Counted from the stretch's first letter, positions 11,001 through 22,681 are shown. The stretch is DNA of 64,000 nucleotides from Octopus sinensis (GCF_006345805.1 NC_043002.1:2790001-2854000), one strand, 5' to 3'. Translations and numbers: made by a program. The notes: generated from the letters alone by a model not told the origin.

Positions 11001-12619
11001 TTAAGGCTGTTGCTGACGTATGTAGGGTACCTACAACAACTGAGGTTACTTTTAGTGGAACCCTCCACAATCTTCGTATTTACTTAACCAAATCCGGGTA
11101 CTTTCCTATTTTCTCCTCTTCTTTGACCGCTACTTTCGTGTCGCAGATATCGCCACATCTATGATAATGCATTCTTCTTCTAATTGTTGTTCTTCCAATT
11201 GTACTCAGAGACTATCAGACATGTCAGTTTGATTCTCTCATGGATTATTACCAAACGAAACGAAACTGAAAAACATTTGTAATGTAACTTTTCCAAATGG
11301 AAATGTAAGAATGTAATTCTTTGCATTAAATTCTTTTTGCTTGAGAAGAAAAGTTTAAAATTGAGAGAAAAAAAATATTATCTCACTCGTAAACAAATGA
11401 AATGACGAACGTTTAAAAACACCTCTTCAAAAATGAGAAGAATGAAGCTTTCACTGAAAAAAGAAAACGAACACATTCCGCGATAGAATGGCTTCCACAT
11501 ATAGAAGTAAAAATAATTTTTAGGCAGAAAACGATATTTTTTTCAAACAATTTTAAAAACTCAAATAATAGAAATATCAACATAAAAATGTTTCGCCAAG
11601 CGAAAGAATAAATGGAATTTTCTATTTTCTCGTTTTTGGAAATAAATTAGACAGGTCCCAGACAAGATTCTCTTGCGGAGACACAAAGTTTTCCTGGCGG
11701 CAGAGTTTAGTGACAAATGAAAGTACATCAGTTTCTCACTCCTTTATCGAAGAACGAGAAAGACAGAAAATGAAGCGATTTACTGGGGTTTTCTCACATC
11801 TTCGAAAAAATATCTGCAGACAACCTTAGTCGCGACCTGGAATAATGTGTCTTCTGTCGATTAAGGAAGAAAGAATGGAACCATATGCGCAATATTCGAA
11901 ACAACAGAAGAACGAAAGAGAAGCAGTTAGTGCGACACATACTTACTCTGAAACTCGCTCCATAATACACGGGGGGGGTGCAACACAAAGGTTCGATAAA
12001 GAAATCTGTGACGAGGTTGAATTTTGGTCCAACGTTAACTTTGCATCGTGCAAGTGTCAAGCACCGAGGTAACCAAAAAGAATGGCATTTCATTGGGTGG
12101 GGTTTATATAGATGTACAAGTGCCCACCCTCGAAGACTACAGAGCAATTTCAAAGCTCTGTCTCATGGTGGGTGCAAAAAGAAAGCTATGAAACTTTGTA
12201 AAGAATAGAAAAGCCAGATTACTGTAGGAATTAATTGAGGAATTTATTTGCTGAGGAACCAGAAAAGCAAAGGAAGACACAATAACATAACTAATAGCAG
12301 CAACAACATTAAATGCTGGGGACAACTGTTCAAACAGCACCGTTAGTCGTATGAGAAGTTGCGACTCCGAGGATGGTTGAAAACTGGCATCGATCTCAGG
12401 ACAGAATAAGGCCGCCTATCTCAGAAACGAAATACCAACACAACGTATTGTGGCAAGGAAGACGAACAGAGTCGTCAAACAGTTGGAGACAGTTCAAAGA
12501 ATAGAAAGAGAAAGAAGACTCGAAAGAAAAGTCAGCCCTAAGAAGAGGTATGCAGAACAAGTGATACCGAAGTGATGCATCCGCCTACGCAAAAACGAGA
12601 AAATAGTGGGTTTGGCTGA

Positions 12620-12910
12620 GGCTGGTGTTGCGCTCAAAATTGACTGGATGGAATAAAATCCAAGCAACACCAACCTCAGTCTTCGGAAATACTCCATCTT
12701 CAGTTGCTCTTTCATTTCCTTTCATTTCCTTTTCGTTGAATTCTAGTGTGTCAAGGTTTTCCGTTTCAATTTGTTTCATCAGGTCTCTATTCGGTAATTC
12801 TATCCCTGCTTGGAACTGTTCTTTGCCTCTTTTTAAGTAGATTATTCCGCACTTTTTGAGTCCAAACTTCATTTTAATATCAGTACCAAAACAGTAATCC
12901 GTGTTCACCA
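12620..12910 (-). mobile_element. R4-like RT/thumb fragment
   Basis: FGTDIKMKFGLKKCG..KRGK..GIELPN and MKEQLKMEYFRRLRLVL. Similar to 14940-15110. Confidence 0.7.
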
Positions 12911-12919
12911 AGGAACTCG

Positions 12920-13230
12920 TGTCTCATATTTGCCAGAAATACTTTGATCGATGGTTTCTTCATATTTTCCACAGATCCTGCATTGTGGATCTGTTCCATT
13001 TTTTATGATGCCATGGCGATAGGATCTGGATGCAAGACTCTGATCTTGTGCCACAATCATCAGATCTTCTGTCCAGTGCTCTTGAACCACCGGTTTCACT
13101 TGGTCCACATCTGCATCCTGATTCTGCTTTCCATGCATTGTTCTGCTCTCTTCCCACTCGACTAAATACTTGTCCACCTCTTTTTCTACTGGATGGGCTT
13201 CTGAGATTTCTTTTTTTTTACAGATGTCCT
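12920..13230 (-). mobile_element. R4-like zinc-knuckle fragment, distinct lineage
   Basis: AQDQSLASRSYRHGIIKNGTDPQCRICGKYEETID. Confidence 0.7.
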
Positions 13231-13386
13231 GCTTTTTCGTTGGTGGCGTGTATCCGATGTTTCACCATTTGGAAGAATGGATTTTTTTCTGCTTGATAGC
13301 GATGCATTCAAGCTGGACAAGTTCAAACCCACCTGAAGATTCTGGTAGACACAGCCAGTCAACGTCTGTTTTCAAGTGGCACAATT

Positions 13387-13403
13387 TTATCTATTATTAT
13401 TAT

Positions 13404-13474
<71 letters not shown>

Positions 13475-13507
13475 TCATCATTTTCATCATCATCATCATC
13501 ATCATCA

Positions 13508-13553
<46 letters not shown>

Positions 13554-13687
13554 CATATGTTTGACTTGCTTTGCATTTGTACAAGTTGGCTCCAAGTCTT
13601 TTTTTTTTTTTTGCCATTTTGGTGTTTCCTGGTATCTGAACTAAATTGTTGTTGTTGTTGTTGTTGTTGTCGTCGTCGTTATTGTTA

Positions 13688-13745
<58 letters not shown>
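13387..13745. repeat. Compound trinucleotide microsatellites (TTA/TAG/TCA/TTG)
   Basis: Directly visible. 13690-13745 is the (TAA)n tail of the adjacent minus-strand R4 copy. Confidence 0.9.
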
Positions 13746-13747
<2 letters not shown>

Positions 13748-15130
13748 GAAATCTCACAACTTGTTTTTCTGGGTAAGATGGAAAGTGTCAGCTGTCCGCA
13801 GCCAGCAGACTAAGGGGACACTTGTTTACTGGTCATGCTTCAAGAACCCTGCGAAGAATTCTTGCAGTTCCAAGCAATGATGATTTTTGGAGGTGTTCTA
13901 CCTTCACACTTGCACCGATCTTTTTCGGACATGTTCGTAGTTGAGTGCTGATACTTCCAACTGCACCAATTACTATTGGCATCACGTCGACTCTCTTTAT
14001 TGACCGCAACTTTCGTCTTTCCCACTCCAAATCCTCATAGTTGTTTATTTTCCCTTCTTCTTTCCCATTGATCCTGTTGTCACCGGGGCATGCTATGTCG
14101 ATTATCATACGTTCTTTCTTTTTTATTCACCACAACAATGTCCGGTTCCCGATGTCTAGTCAGGTGATCGCAATGGATCATTACATTCCACAGGATTTGG
14201 CAATTCTCATTTTCGGTGATTCCTTCTGGGGTTTGTTCTTATTATGTCTTTGCTCTTTGTAGGCCGTTATTTCCACAAAGCTCCCAATGGACCATTCTTG
14301 CCACATTCTCATGGCGTCGTTTGTATTCGCATTGTGAGAATTTCGGGCATTCGCAAACGGTGTTCCATACTGTTTCACCCTTCTCACCACACATTCTGCA
14401 TTTGTCGCCATCGGTTGTGTTGTCAATCCTGCACTTCACATTATTGGTCCTTAACTATTGTCCCTGAGTGCTTCTGTCTCTATCTTCAGGTCACTCCTCC
14501 TCGTCCATAGCCACTGGTCCTCTGCATCGGTCTTGGCGCTCACATCTCTTGCAAACTGATCCAACATTTTCATTTCCTTCCATGCTTTTTCTTTATTTTC
14601 TTTCATTTCTTGTTTAAACTTTTCTTTAGTTACACAATTTTTAGTTTTGATGACACCGGTCTTCGTGTGTTTCAATATTGGCTCCACAGCATTTTTTATA
14701 TGCCACCCTAGGCTGTTTCCTTCTGCTTCGATACAGTCCTGGCAACTGACCAAACCTCTCCCACCGTTTCTTCTGAACAAGTACAGCCTATCGGTGTCAC
14801 TCTTAGGGTGGAAGGCTCCGTGTACTGTCAACATATTTCTGGTCTTGGTATCCATTTTCTTCATTTCTCTCTTTTGCCATTTTATAATTCCCGCTCCATA
14901 CCGAAGTGATGCTAATATCGCTCAGGCATTAACTGCTTGGATTTTATTTCACTCAGTCAGTTTGAGCGCAACACGAACCTCAGTCTTCGTAATTACTCTG
15001 TCCTCAGTTGCTCTTTCATTTCCTTTTCCATCATCTCGTAGCACTCTATTGCACCAACGTATTTGCATCCTTCCGTTTCAATTTGCTTAACCAAGTCTCT
15101 ATTCGGCAACTGTATCCCTGCAAGGCCATG
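13746..15130 (-). mobile_element. 5'-truncated R4/Dong-like retrotransposon, degraded
   Basis: HPKSDTDRLYL..GGRGL, CRMCGEKGETV..C..RRHENVAR, IIDIACPGD..VIGAVG..LLGTARILRRVLEA*, followed by a UTR and a TAA tail. Confidence 0.88.
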
Positions 15131-15149
15131 TGCTGTTTATCTTCATATG

Positions 15150-15292
15150 AGATCACCACGTCGCATACATATGGTTGTGATGCATTTGCCCGGTGTACCC
15201 TTATCAGACGGGTAGTCATGATGGGTATACTGGGCTACGTATATTTTACCCCAGTGTCACTTTGATGGCATGCACTGCTGCTCTCTCACCCA

Positions 15293-15330
<38 letters not shown>
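15150..15330 (+). mobile_element. Short unclassified element 3' end with (TAA)n tail
   Basis: Non-simple sequence ending in (TAA)n at ~15293-15330. Family assignment not supportable. Confidence 0.3.
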
Positions 15331-15331
<1 letters not shown>

Positions 15332-15600
15332 GCTTACATTGCTTGGAAATGTGAATATGATAAAAAAATGTCTTCATCTGTGAATATGCAAAAGAAACTA
15401 GTCGCTGTGTTAAAATGTCAAAACTGATTTCAAGAAACTTTGCATTCCTGATTTTTTTCCATCGCCAAATCCTTGGCATCGAGCGACACCTATAGTGTAG
15501 TGGAAGAATAAAGAGCTGAAAAAGCCATCCTAAAGAATAAAGATAATTTCTTAGATCAGTTTTTCGATTTGTAGGTGAGGTGTTTTGTTGAATAAATTGA

Positions 15601-15680
<80 letters not shown>

Positions 15681-16170
15681 GTTATATTTACACGAAACCC
15701 ACGGAGATTTAAAAAAATATACATACATTCAACTCTTACTGGATTTGAAATCAAATGCAGATGACAAGAATGAGAACGTGATATAAGAAAATTATGAGAG
15801 CGAAGATATTATCGATCACGTGATGCGAGACTAACAAAAAAAACCCACGTGACGTACGACTAAAAGTGAACGTGCAGAATTATACAAATATCAGATCACC
15901 GAATTTTCTACAATAAATATCACCATCATCACCAGCAACAACATCATCACCAAAATCAATGTCATCATCACCACCACCATCACCACCACCCCCATCACCA
16001 CCCCCATCACCACCCCCATCACCACTATCATCATCACCACCACCATCACCAACATCATCACCACCGCCCCCATCACCACTATCTTCACCGTCGTCACTAC
16101 CAGCAAGAACTTGTTGTAAAAGCCCAACGTGGGTGCCTTTATTTGATTGCTCTACATGTGTGTGTGTGTA

Positions 16171-16281
16171 TATGACGGGCTTCTTTCGGTTTCCGTCTAC
16201 CAAATCCACTCACAAGGCTTTGGGACTGAACATAGAATCGCGTGGCTGAGAAGCAAACCGCTTACCACGCAGCCACGCCTG
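16171..16281 (-). mobile_element. SINE family S1, internally deleted
   Basis: Shares the head and the GACGGAAAC-containing middle with 16702-17098. Confidence 0.75.
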
Positions 16282-16424
16282 CTCGACCTCGTACAAATAG
16301 CAATGGACTCTCTCCCTCTCCCTCTCCCTCCCCCTTCTCTCTCTCTCCCTCTCTCTCTCTCAAAGCACAGCCTGCCACCTTAAAAGAGGACAATTTGAAA
16401 TAAATGTAGTCTTAAAAAAGTTAA

Positions 16425-16590
16425 AATGTTATTTCGTCTGTCTTTACTTTCTGACTTCAAATTCTGCCGAGGTCGACTTTGCCTTTCATCCTTCCGGGGT
16501 CGATAATTTAAATACTAGTTGTATTCTAGGGTCGATCTAATCGACTGACCTCCTCCCCAAAAATTTCGGACCTTGTGCCTGGAGAAGAAA
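16425..16590 (+). mobile_element. SINE family S2, partial
   Basis: CCGAGGTCGACTTTGCCTTTCATCC..GGTCGATCTAATCGAC core. Confidence 0.8.
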
Positions 16591-16701
16591 AAAAAAGAAA
16601 AAGTTAAAACGTGATCTTGCTAGTAACATCTTTACCATAATGCTCCTCTATCAGGATCGAACAGGAAAACCAACAAAGTATAAGCGACAACGCTATATAT
16701 A

Positions 16702-17098
16702 GGCGTAGGAATGGCTGTATGGTAAGTAGCTTGCTTACAAACCACATGGTTTCGGTTTCAGTCCCACTGCATGGCACCTTGGGCAAGTGTCTTCTACTAT
16801 AGCCTCGAGTCGACCAAAGCCTTGTGAGTGGATTTGGTAAACGGAAACTGAAAGAAGCCAGTCGTATATATGTATAAATATATGTTTGTGTGTCTGTGTT
16901 TGTCCCCCCAACATCGCTTGACAACCGATGCAGGTGTATTTACGTCCCCGTAACTTAACGGATCGGTAAAAGAGACCGATAGAATAAGTACTAGGCTTAC
17001 AAAGAATAAGTCCTGGGGTCGATTTGCTCGACTAAAGGCGGTGCTCCAGCATGGCCACAGTCAATGACTGAAACAAATAAAAGAGTAAAGAGTAAAAG
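16702..17098 (+). mobile_element. tRNA-derived SINE family S1, full length
   Basis: A-box-like TGGCTGTATGGTAAG and B-box-like GGTTTCAGTCCC; ~400 bp; AAGAGT tail. Many copies in the window. Confidence 0.88.
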
Positions 17099-17127
17099 AT
17101 ATATATTATATATATATTATATATATG

Positions 17128-17430
<303 letters not shown>

Positions 17431-17437
17431 AAAAAAA

Positions 17438-17497
<60 letters not shown>

Positions 17498-18285
17498 TGT
17501 ATGTATGTATGTATGTATGTATGTATGTATGTATGTATATAGTGTACTATTCTCTCGTCTTGTTGATAGGATCAGCAAAAACCAAGCCCTCAATTCATCG
17601 ACAGAGATATTACATTTAATGAATACAAGAGTTACGTGAACTACTTCAAGTTTCATGCTCAGAAAGTGCAGTGCTCGAACGGGCTTGTATCGTGTACCGT
17701 GCACGATCTGGCACAATGGTTCACGTTTATAAAATGAACACGGTGCGTTGTACAAACTCGCCCGAATACCGCACTCTGCGAACATGAAGTATGAAATAAC
17801 TCCTGTTTTCAGAATATAATGAGTGTGTATGTGAGAGAGACAGAAAACTTCGAGTTATGTAACAAACATCAACCACGAAAAACAAATGTGAAAGACTCCA
17901 TTATCAGCGAATAAATAACCACCAAGAAATGACAATAGTAAAATTTAAATTTAAATATTGCGATGAAAAATTCATAGCTTTTCAAGACGGTGAAACTAGA
18001 AAATTGAGTCTTAATTAAATATTAACTATGCGGAATGGCGAATAAATAACTGGTGTGAAGAATATAAATAGTTTTATGTCATTAAATCGTGTGACACTAT
18101 CGTTTAAAACACAGGGAAAACAAACCTGGAAGATGAGATTTTTCAAGATGCCACGCAAAAAAATCGAACCCATGACCTCTCAGTAATGAAGCGAACTTCT
18201 TAAACACTTCACCCTGCCTACAAGACGAAGATGTGAAATAGAAAAATAGAAAAATCCTAAAATTTAGGATACTTAATGATATAGG

Positions 18286-18603
18286 GGCACTCCGTCGGTT
18301 ACGATGACGAGGGTTCCAGCTGATACGATCAACGAAACAGATTGCCCGTGAAATTAACGTGAAAGTGGTTGAGCACTCCACAGACACGTGTATCCTTAAC
18401 GTAGTTCATGGGGAGATTCAGCATGACACAAAGTTTGACAAGGCCGGCCCTTTGAAATACAGGTACAACTCATTTTTGCCAGCTGGGTGGAGTGGAGCAA
18501 CGCGAAATAAAGTGTCTTACTCAAGGACGCAACGCGTCGCCGGGAATTGAAAACACGACCTAAAAATCGTGAGCCGAATGCCCTAACCACTGAGCCACGC
18601 GCC
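18286..18603 (-). mobile_element. tRNA-derived SINE family S3
   Basis: Head GGCGCGTGGCTCAGTGGTTAGGG..TTCAATTCCC, followed by a central domain shared with 34084 and 53690. Confidence 0.85.
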
Positions 18604-19002
18604 TTCACACTTAATTATATACTTAACGCTTAACAAAATACTGTATCCAATAAGCAAAATCAAAAGCAGAGATCTACCAAAAGGTTTCGTATGAAAAGAA
18701 ACAGTTTTTATTTTTATAAAACGAATAAGATATTTAAAGAATTGCAAATCCTTGGCTAAAAATATGCAACTTATTAACTTAAATCCCAAGTAACATAGAA
18801 GTAATGTGTGTAAGTATCAAAGGGAATCCGGATGCAAGAGAAATCTATCGACGGATTCACGTTGAGTTAGTTTAGGAGCGAACTCGGTGCCAACAACAGA
18901 ATAAATAATATCGTTTATTTTGTGTTGACACGTAATTTCAACGTAATGATTTACAGGATATGCAGAGAATGTAAAATTGGATGGCAAAACCAGACAAGTT
19001 GC

Positions 19003-19040
<38 letters not shown>

Positions 19041-19948
19041 TGTGTGTGTGTGTGTTTGTATGTGTGTGTATGCGTGTGTGTATGCGTATGTGTGTGTGTC
19101 TGTGTCTATGTATCTGTGTGTGTGTGTGTGTATGCATGTGTGTATGTATGTGTGTATGTATGTGTGTATGTATGTGTGTATGTATGTGTGTATGTATGTG
19201 TGTATGCATGTGTGTATGTATGTGTGTGTATGCGTGTGTGTATGCGTATGTGTGTGTGTCTGTGTGTGTGTGTGTGTGTGTGTTGTGTGTGTGTGTGTTG
19301 TGTGTGTGTGTGTGTGTGTGTGTCTGTGTGTGTGTGTGTGTGTGTGTTGTGTGTGTGTGTGTGTGTGACATACAACTCGATCTCAGGAGGTAGTTGCTTT
19401 AACACGATAAACAGAATTCATATTTGCAGATGAACAGGCAGAATAAATGAAAGCACAAAATTTATATGTCAAAAGTATGCTGACTCCTGACGATAATCTG
19501 AATGAGGGGCGTTTGAGGCACGATGACATGGAGAGCGCAGAAGAAAAGAAACGTTTAGTATCAAAACACGTAAAAAGCCTGAAATTATAATAACGCAATA
19601 CTGTACAGTGTGTGTGTATGTGTGTATGCATGTGTGTATGTATGTGTGTATGCATGTGTGTATGTATGTGTGTATGTATGTGTGTGTGTGTGTGAATCGA
19701 TGGAGAGATTATTTGTAAGGAACATCGAACTGTTTATTTCGATCAAAACTATCGAGTAACAAGATGCCTCAATAGCATAATAGGAGACAATCAGGTATGC
19801 TTTAACATTCGGTGCTGTGTAAGGAGCTTTCCCAGGACGCTACCCCGCAGCAAGTTCCATATAGGCACAAGATATATACACTGTGTATGCGCATCCGATA
19901 GTGTGTATGTATATGTATATATCTATATATATAGATATATATATAATA

Positions 19949-20003
<55 letters not shown>

Positions 20004-20097
20004 TTAGAGACAAAACCACTATTTTGCAAATCAAACAAAGAAAGACTTAATCCAATACATAAAAAAATTTAATATAAATTAAATAAAATTAAATTCG

Positions 20098-20143
20098 CCA
20101 CTACAATTGTTTCGTGTCTCTTCTAAGGACATTCATCAGGTGG
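20098..20143 (-). ncRNA. Type I hammerhead ribozyme motif, family A (mirror copy)
   Basis: Exact reverse complement of 20207-20252. Confidence 0.8.
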
Positions 20144-20206
20144 ATTTCAGATCTTCTATTCAATTTATTCACTTCATAACTTAAAATTGAATAGAAGATC
20201 TGAAAT

Positions 20207-20252
20207 CCACCTGATGAATGTCCTTAGAAGAGACACGAAACAATTGTAGTGG
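20207..20252 (+). ncRNA. Type I minimal hammerhead ribozyme motif, family A
   Basis: CCAC-CTGATGA-A-TGTC(CTTAGAAGA)GACA-C-GAAA-CAATTG-TA-GTGG: canonical core, stem I CCAC/GTGG, palindromic stem III ACAATTGT, GUA triplet (predicted cut after 20248). Confidence 0.85.
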
Positions 20253-20490
20253 CGAATTTATTTAATTTTATTTAATTTATATTAAATATTTTTATGTATT
20301 GGATTAAGTCTTTCTTGTTTTTGATTGCAAAATAGTGGTTTTGTCTTAATTAATATTATATAATATTTTACTATAAAATTGGATTCAATCTAAATCTGAT
20401 TTTTCCCTGTAAATTTGGATTTATTCCCTAATATTTATATTATTATATATATATTTATATAATATATATATATATATAATATATATATAT

Positions 20491-20670
20491 TCGCCATGAT
20501 AGATCGCTAGCCATTAAACCTTTTCTAGTCTCTTCCTGTTTATTTCTGTGTTCCTTTCTGTCGAAGAAAACGTAAAAGACTTTCTAACTTCCCGAGACTT
20601 CTAACTTCCATTAACTAATACATCTGTTTGTTTTCTACACACCCGTCTTCGTCTTTTGTAAATTATCACT
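20491..20670 (+). mobile_element. PLE-derived (TA)n-flanked element, family D, hammerhead stem II deleted
   Basis: Homologous to 41501-41700. CTTTCTGTCGAAGA[..]AAACGTAAAAG at 20554-20578 lacks the stem II sequence present in the other copy. Confidence 0.7.
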
Positions 20671-20676
20671 ATATAT

Positions 20677-20712
<36 letters not shown>

Positions 20713-20877
20713 ATAATATATATATATATTATGTATATAGCGAGATGTACTCGCATAGCAAGTGATTTGATCTGAGATCGTGTGCTGGAACGAAAACAAT
20801 TGCAGCGTGGAAGGTGTTTGTAAGCCATTTAAGAAACACACAAAAGCCGTTCGATTCACTTCAACATTTAAGTTTAA

Positions 20878-20927
20878 TTTGTCAAAATATTTTCGTCGCT
20901 AAAATCCGCGACCTGTTCACTGACAAA
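20878..20927 (-). ncRNA. Hammerhead variant family B (G3-C8 core)
   Basis: Reverse complement of 21355-21404. Confidence 0.72.
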
Positions 20928-20928
20928 A

Positions 20929-21352
20929 CTTCCTCCAAAGTTCGCCACGTATAATAAGGTTAGTAAGATATCAATACTATCTGACATTGAAAAATGCTTC
21001 ACCAAACTTAGATGGAGAATACACTTTAACCACAACCACAACCAAAATCCTGACACTCAATACATGCCTGACTATAACCATTCCATACGTTGTTTCTACG
21101 ATAAACGTGACATGTCATTCGACATGAAAAGGGTCTACCCTACCAACTTACCCTTCAACAAAAGAGTATGCATGCCACCCTATACTGACGCTGCTTTGGA
21201 AGCGAAGTTTACCCTTACTAAATCCAAGCTTCTATCAGCCTTCTCCAATTACACCCAAAGGCATATACAAGAACGACCTGTAAATAAGACCCACGATCTT
21301 AACACCAAAACTAAGACAGGCCTTAACAAATTAAAAAGGGATGCAGCACGGG
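20929..21352 (+). pseudogene. Fragment of the PLE ORF N-terminal (pre-RT) region, 141 codons without a stop
   Basis: LPPKFATY..ILSDIEKCFTKLRWRIHF..DLNTKTKTGLNKLKR resembles PLE N-terminal motifs (KF..DIE.F..KLR; NL....GL..LK). Recognised by eye only. Confidence 0.6.
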
Positions 21353-21354
21353 TT

Positions 21355-21404
21355 TTTGTCAGTGAACAGGTCGCGGATTTTAGCGACGAAAATATTTTGA
21401 CAAA
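21355..21404 (+). ncRNA. Hammerhead variant family B (G3-C8 core)
   Basis: TTTGTCA-GTGAACA-G-GTCGC(GGATTTTA)GCGAC-GAA-AATATT-T-TGACAAA: 7-bp stem I, 5-bp stem II, palindromic stem III, swapped 3-8 pair. Confidence 0.75.
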
Positions 21405-21654
21405 TTAAACTTAAATGTTGAAGTGAATCGAACGGCTTTTGTGTGTTTCTTAAATGGCTTACAAACAGCTTCCACGCTGCAATTGTTTACATATATATAT
21501 ATATATATATACAGGCAAAAAAGAAAAAATTTATTTGCGAATATATTGAAATAGAGGCTAAAACGTCTAACCACATTAGACAGTTTCACTATTATTATTA
21601 TACACGTACGGAAACGACGAAGGAAGCCAAGAGAAACTGGTCAAAATATAGTTA

Positions 21655-21714
21655 TCCTCGAATCAGCCCGATTTCTGGATTAATCCAAAAGGGTTTTTCG
21701 TTCATCAGCGAGGA
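21655..21714 (-). ncRNA. Hammerhead-like motif with atypical stem II (family E)
   Basis: Minus strand TCCTCG-CTGATGA-(26 nt containing TGGATTAATCCA)-GAAA-TCG(GGC)TGA-TT-CGAGGA. Confidence 0.5.
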
Positions 21715-22183
21715 ACGCTGAAAGTGAATATAAACGGGATACTTACACACAGCCACGGAAAAGCAGAGACAATACCATGAATACATATAACCAGCCTAAA
21801 TATATCCAAATAGAAATTCCGAAACAAGCCTCGACACACGTGCAACCGGTCAGGAATAGCACGTAAGTGGTTAACTTGCCCCGAAGGGAATGGGAATTAA
21901 TTTACTTCAAATATGTAAGGATAAATTTTCTTTTCAAAATTGCATCGATAATTTCACTTTTAAAGGGATTTTTTCATATGCTGGCCACTGATAAATTTCT
22001 TTCTTTAATTCTTATTCTTATATTTAAACTATTTATGTGTGTGTAATATACATATCATATATGCATTCATATATATGCATATATGCATACATATGTATGT
22101 ATATATATATATATACGTATATATATATATATATATTATATATATATATATGTATATATCCATGTGCATATATCTATATATAC

Positions 22184-22220
<37 letters not shown>

Positions 22221-22304
22221 TGTGTATATATATATATATCTTCTAACTCCAAAATTCCGAGTTCGATTCCAGGCAGTGACCTGAATAATAATAATATATA
22301 TATC

Positions 22305-22676
22305 TTTTACTTGTTTCAGTCATTAGACTGCGGCCATGCTGGGGCACTGCCTTGGAGAATTTATTGTCGAATGTATCGACACCAATTCGTTTCGTTTTAA
22401 GCCTGAAACTTATTCCATCGATCTCGTTTACCGAACCGCTAATGTTACGGGGACATAAACATACCAACACTGGTTGTCAAGCGGTGGAAGGAGCACATAC
22501 ATACACATATATACGACGGGCTTCTTTCAGTTTCCGTCTACCAAACCATTCACAAGGCTTTGGTTAGCCTGAAGCTAAAGTAGAAGATACTTGCCCAAGA
22601 TGCCTCGCAGAGGAACTGAAACCGGAACCATGTGGTCAGGAAGCAAGCTTCTTACCACACAGCCACACCTGCGCCT
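22305..22676 (-). mobile_element. SINE family S1
   Basis: Reverse complement of the 16702-17098 family. Confidence 0.88.
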
Positions 22677-22681
22677 ATTTA

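Larger units (their letters stand above)
20001..20445. mobile_element. Penelope-like pseudo-LTR in inverted arrangement (family A), flanked by (TA)n
   Basis: Inverted arms 20001-20166 and 20184-20352 with a 17-bp spacer. The right arm carries a ~90-bp extra tail. Each arm holds a hammerhead motif. Confidence 0.8.
20739..21488. mobile_element. Penelope-like element, family B: inverted pLTRs around an ORF fragment
   Basis: 135-bp inverted arms 20794-20928 and 21354-21488. The left arm has a ~55-bp extra tail. The spacer is an open PLE-like frame. Flanked by (TA)n. Confidence 0.82.

Noticed and set aside
13328-13368. Hammerhead-like CTGAAGA..CTGG/CCAG..AACGTC
   Set aside because: It lacks GAAA and a stem I partner. 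At most a heavily decayed relic.
18957-19010. Exon-like GYAENVKLDGKTRQVA resembling a small-GTPase strand
   Set aside because: Only ~16 residues, no donor site or neighbouring GTPase motifs, and it runs into (TG)n.
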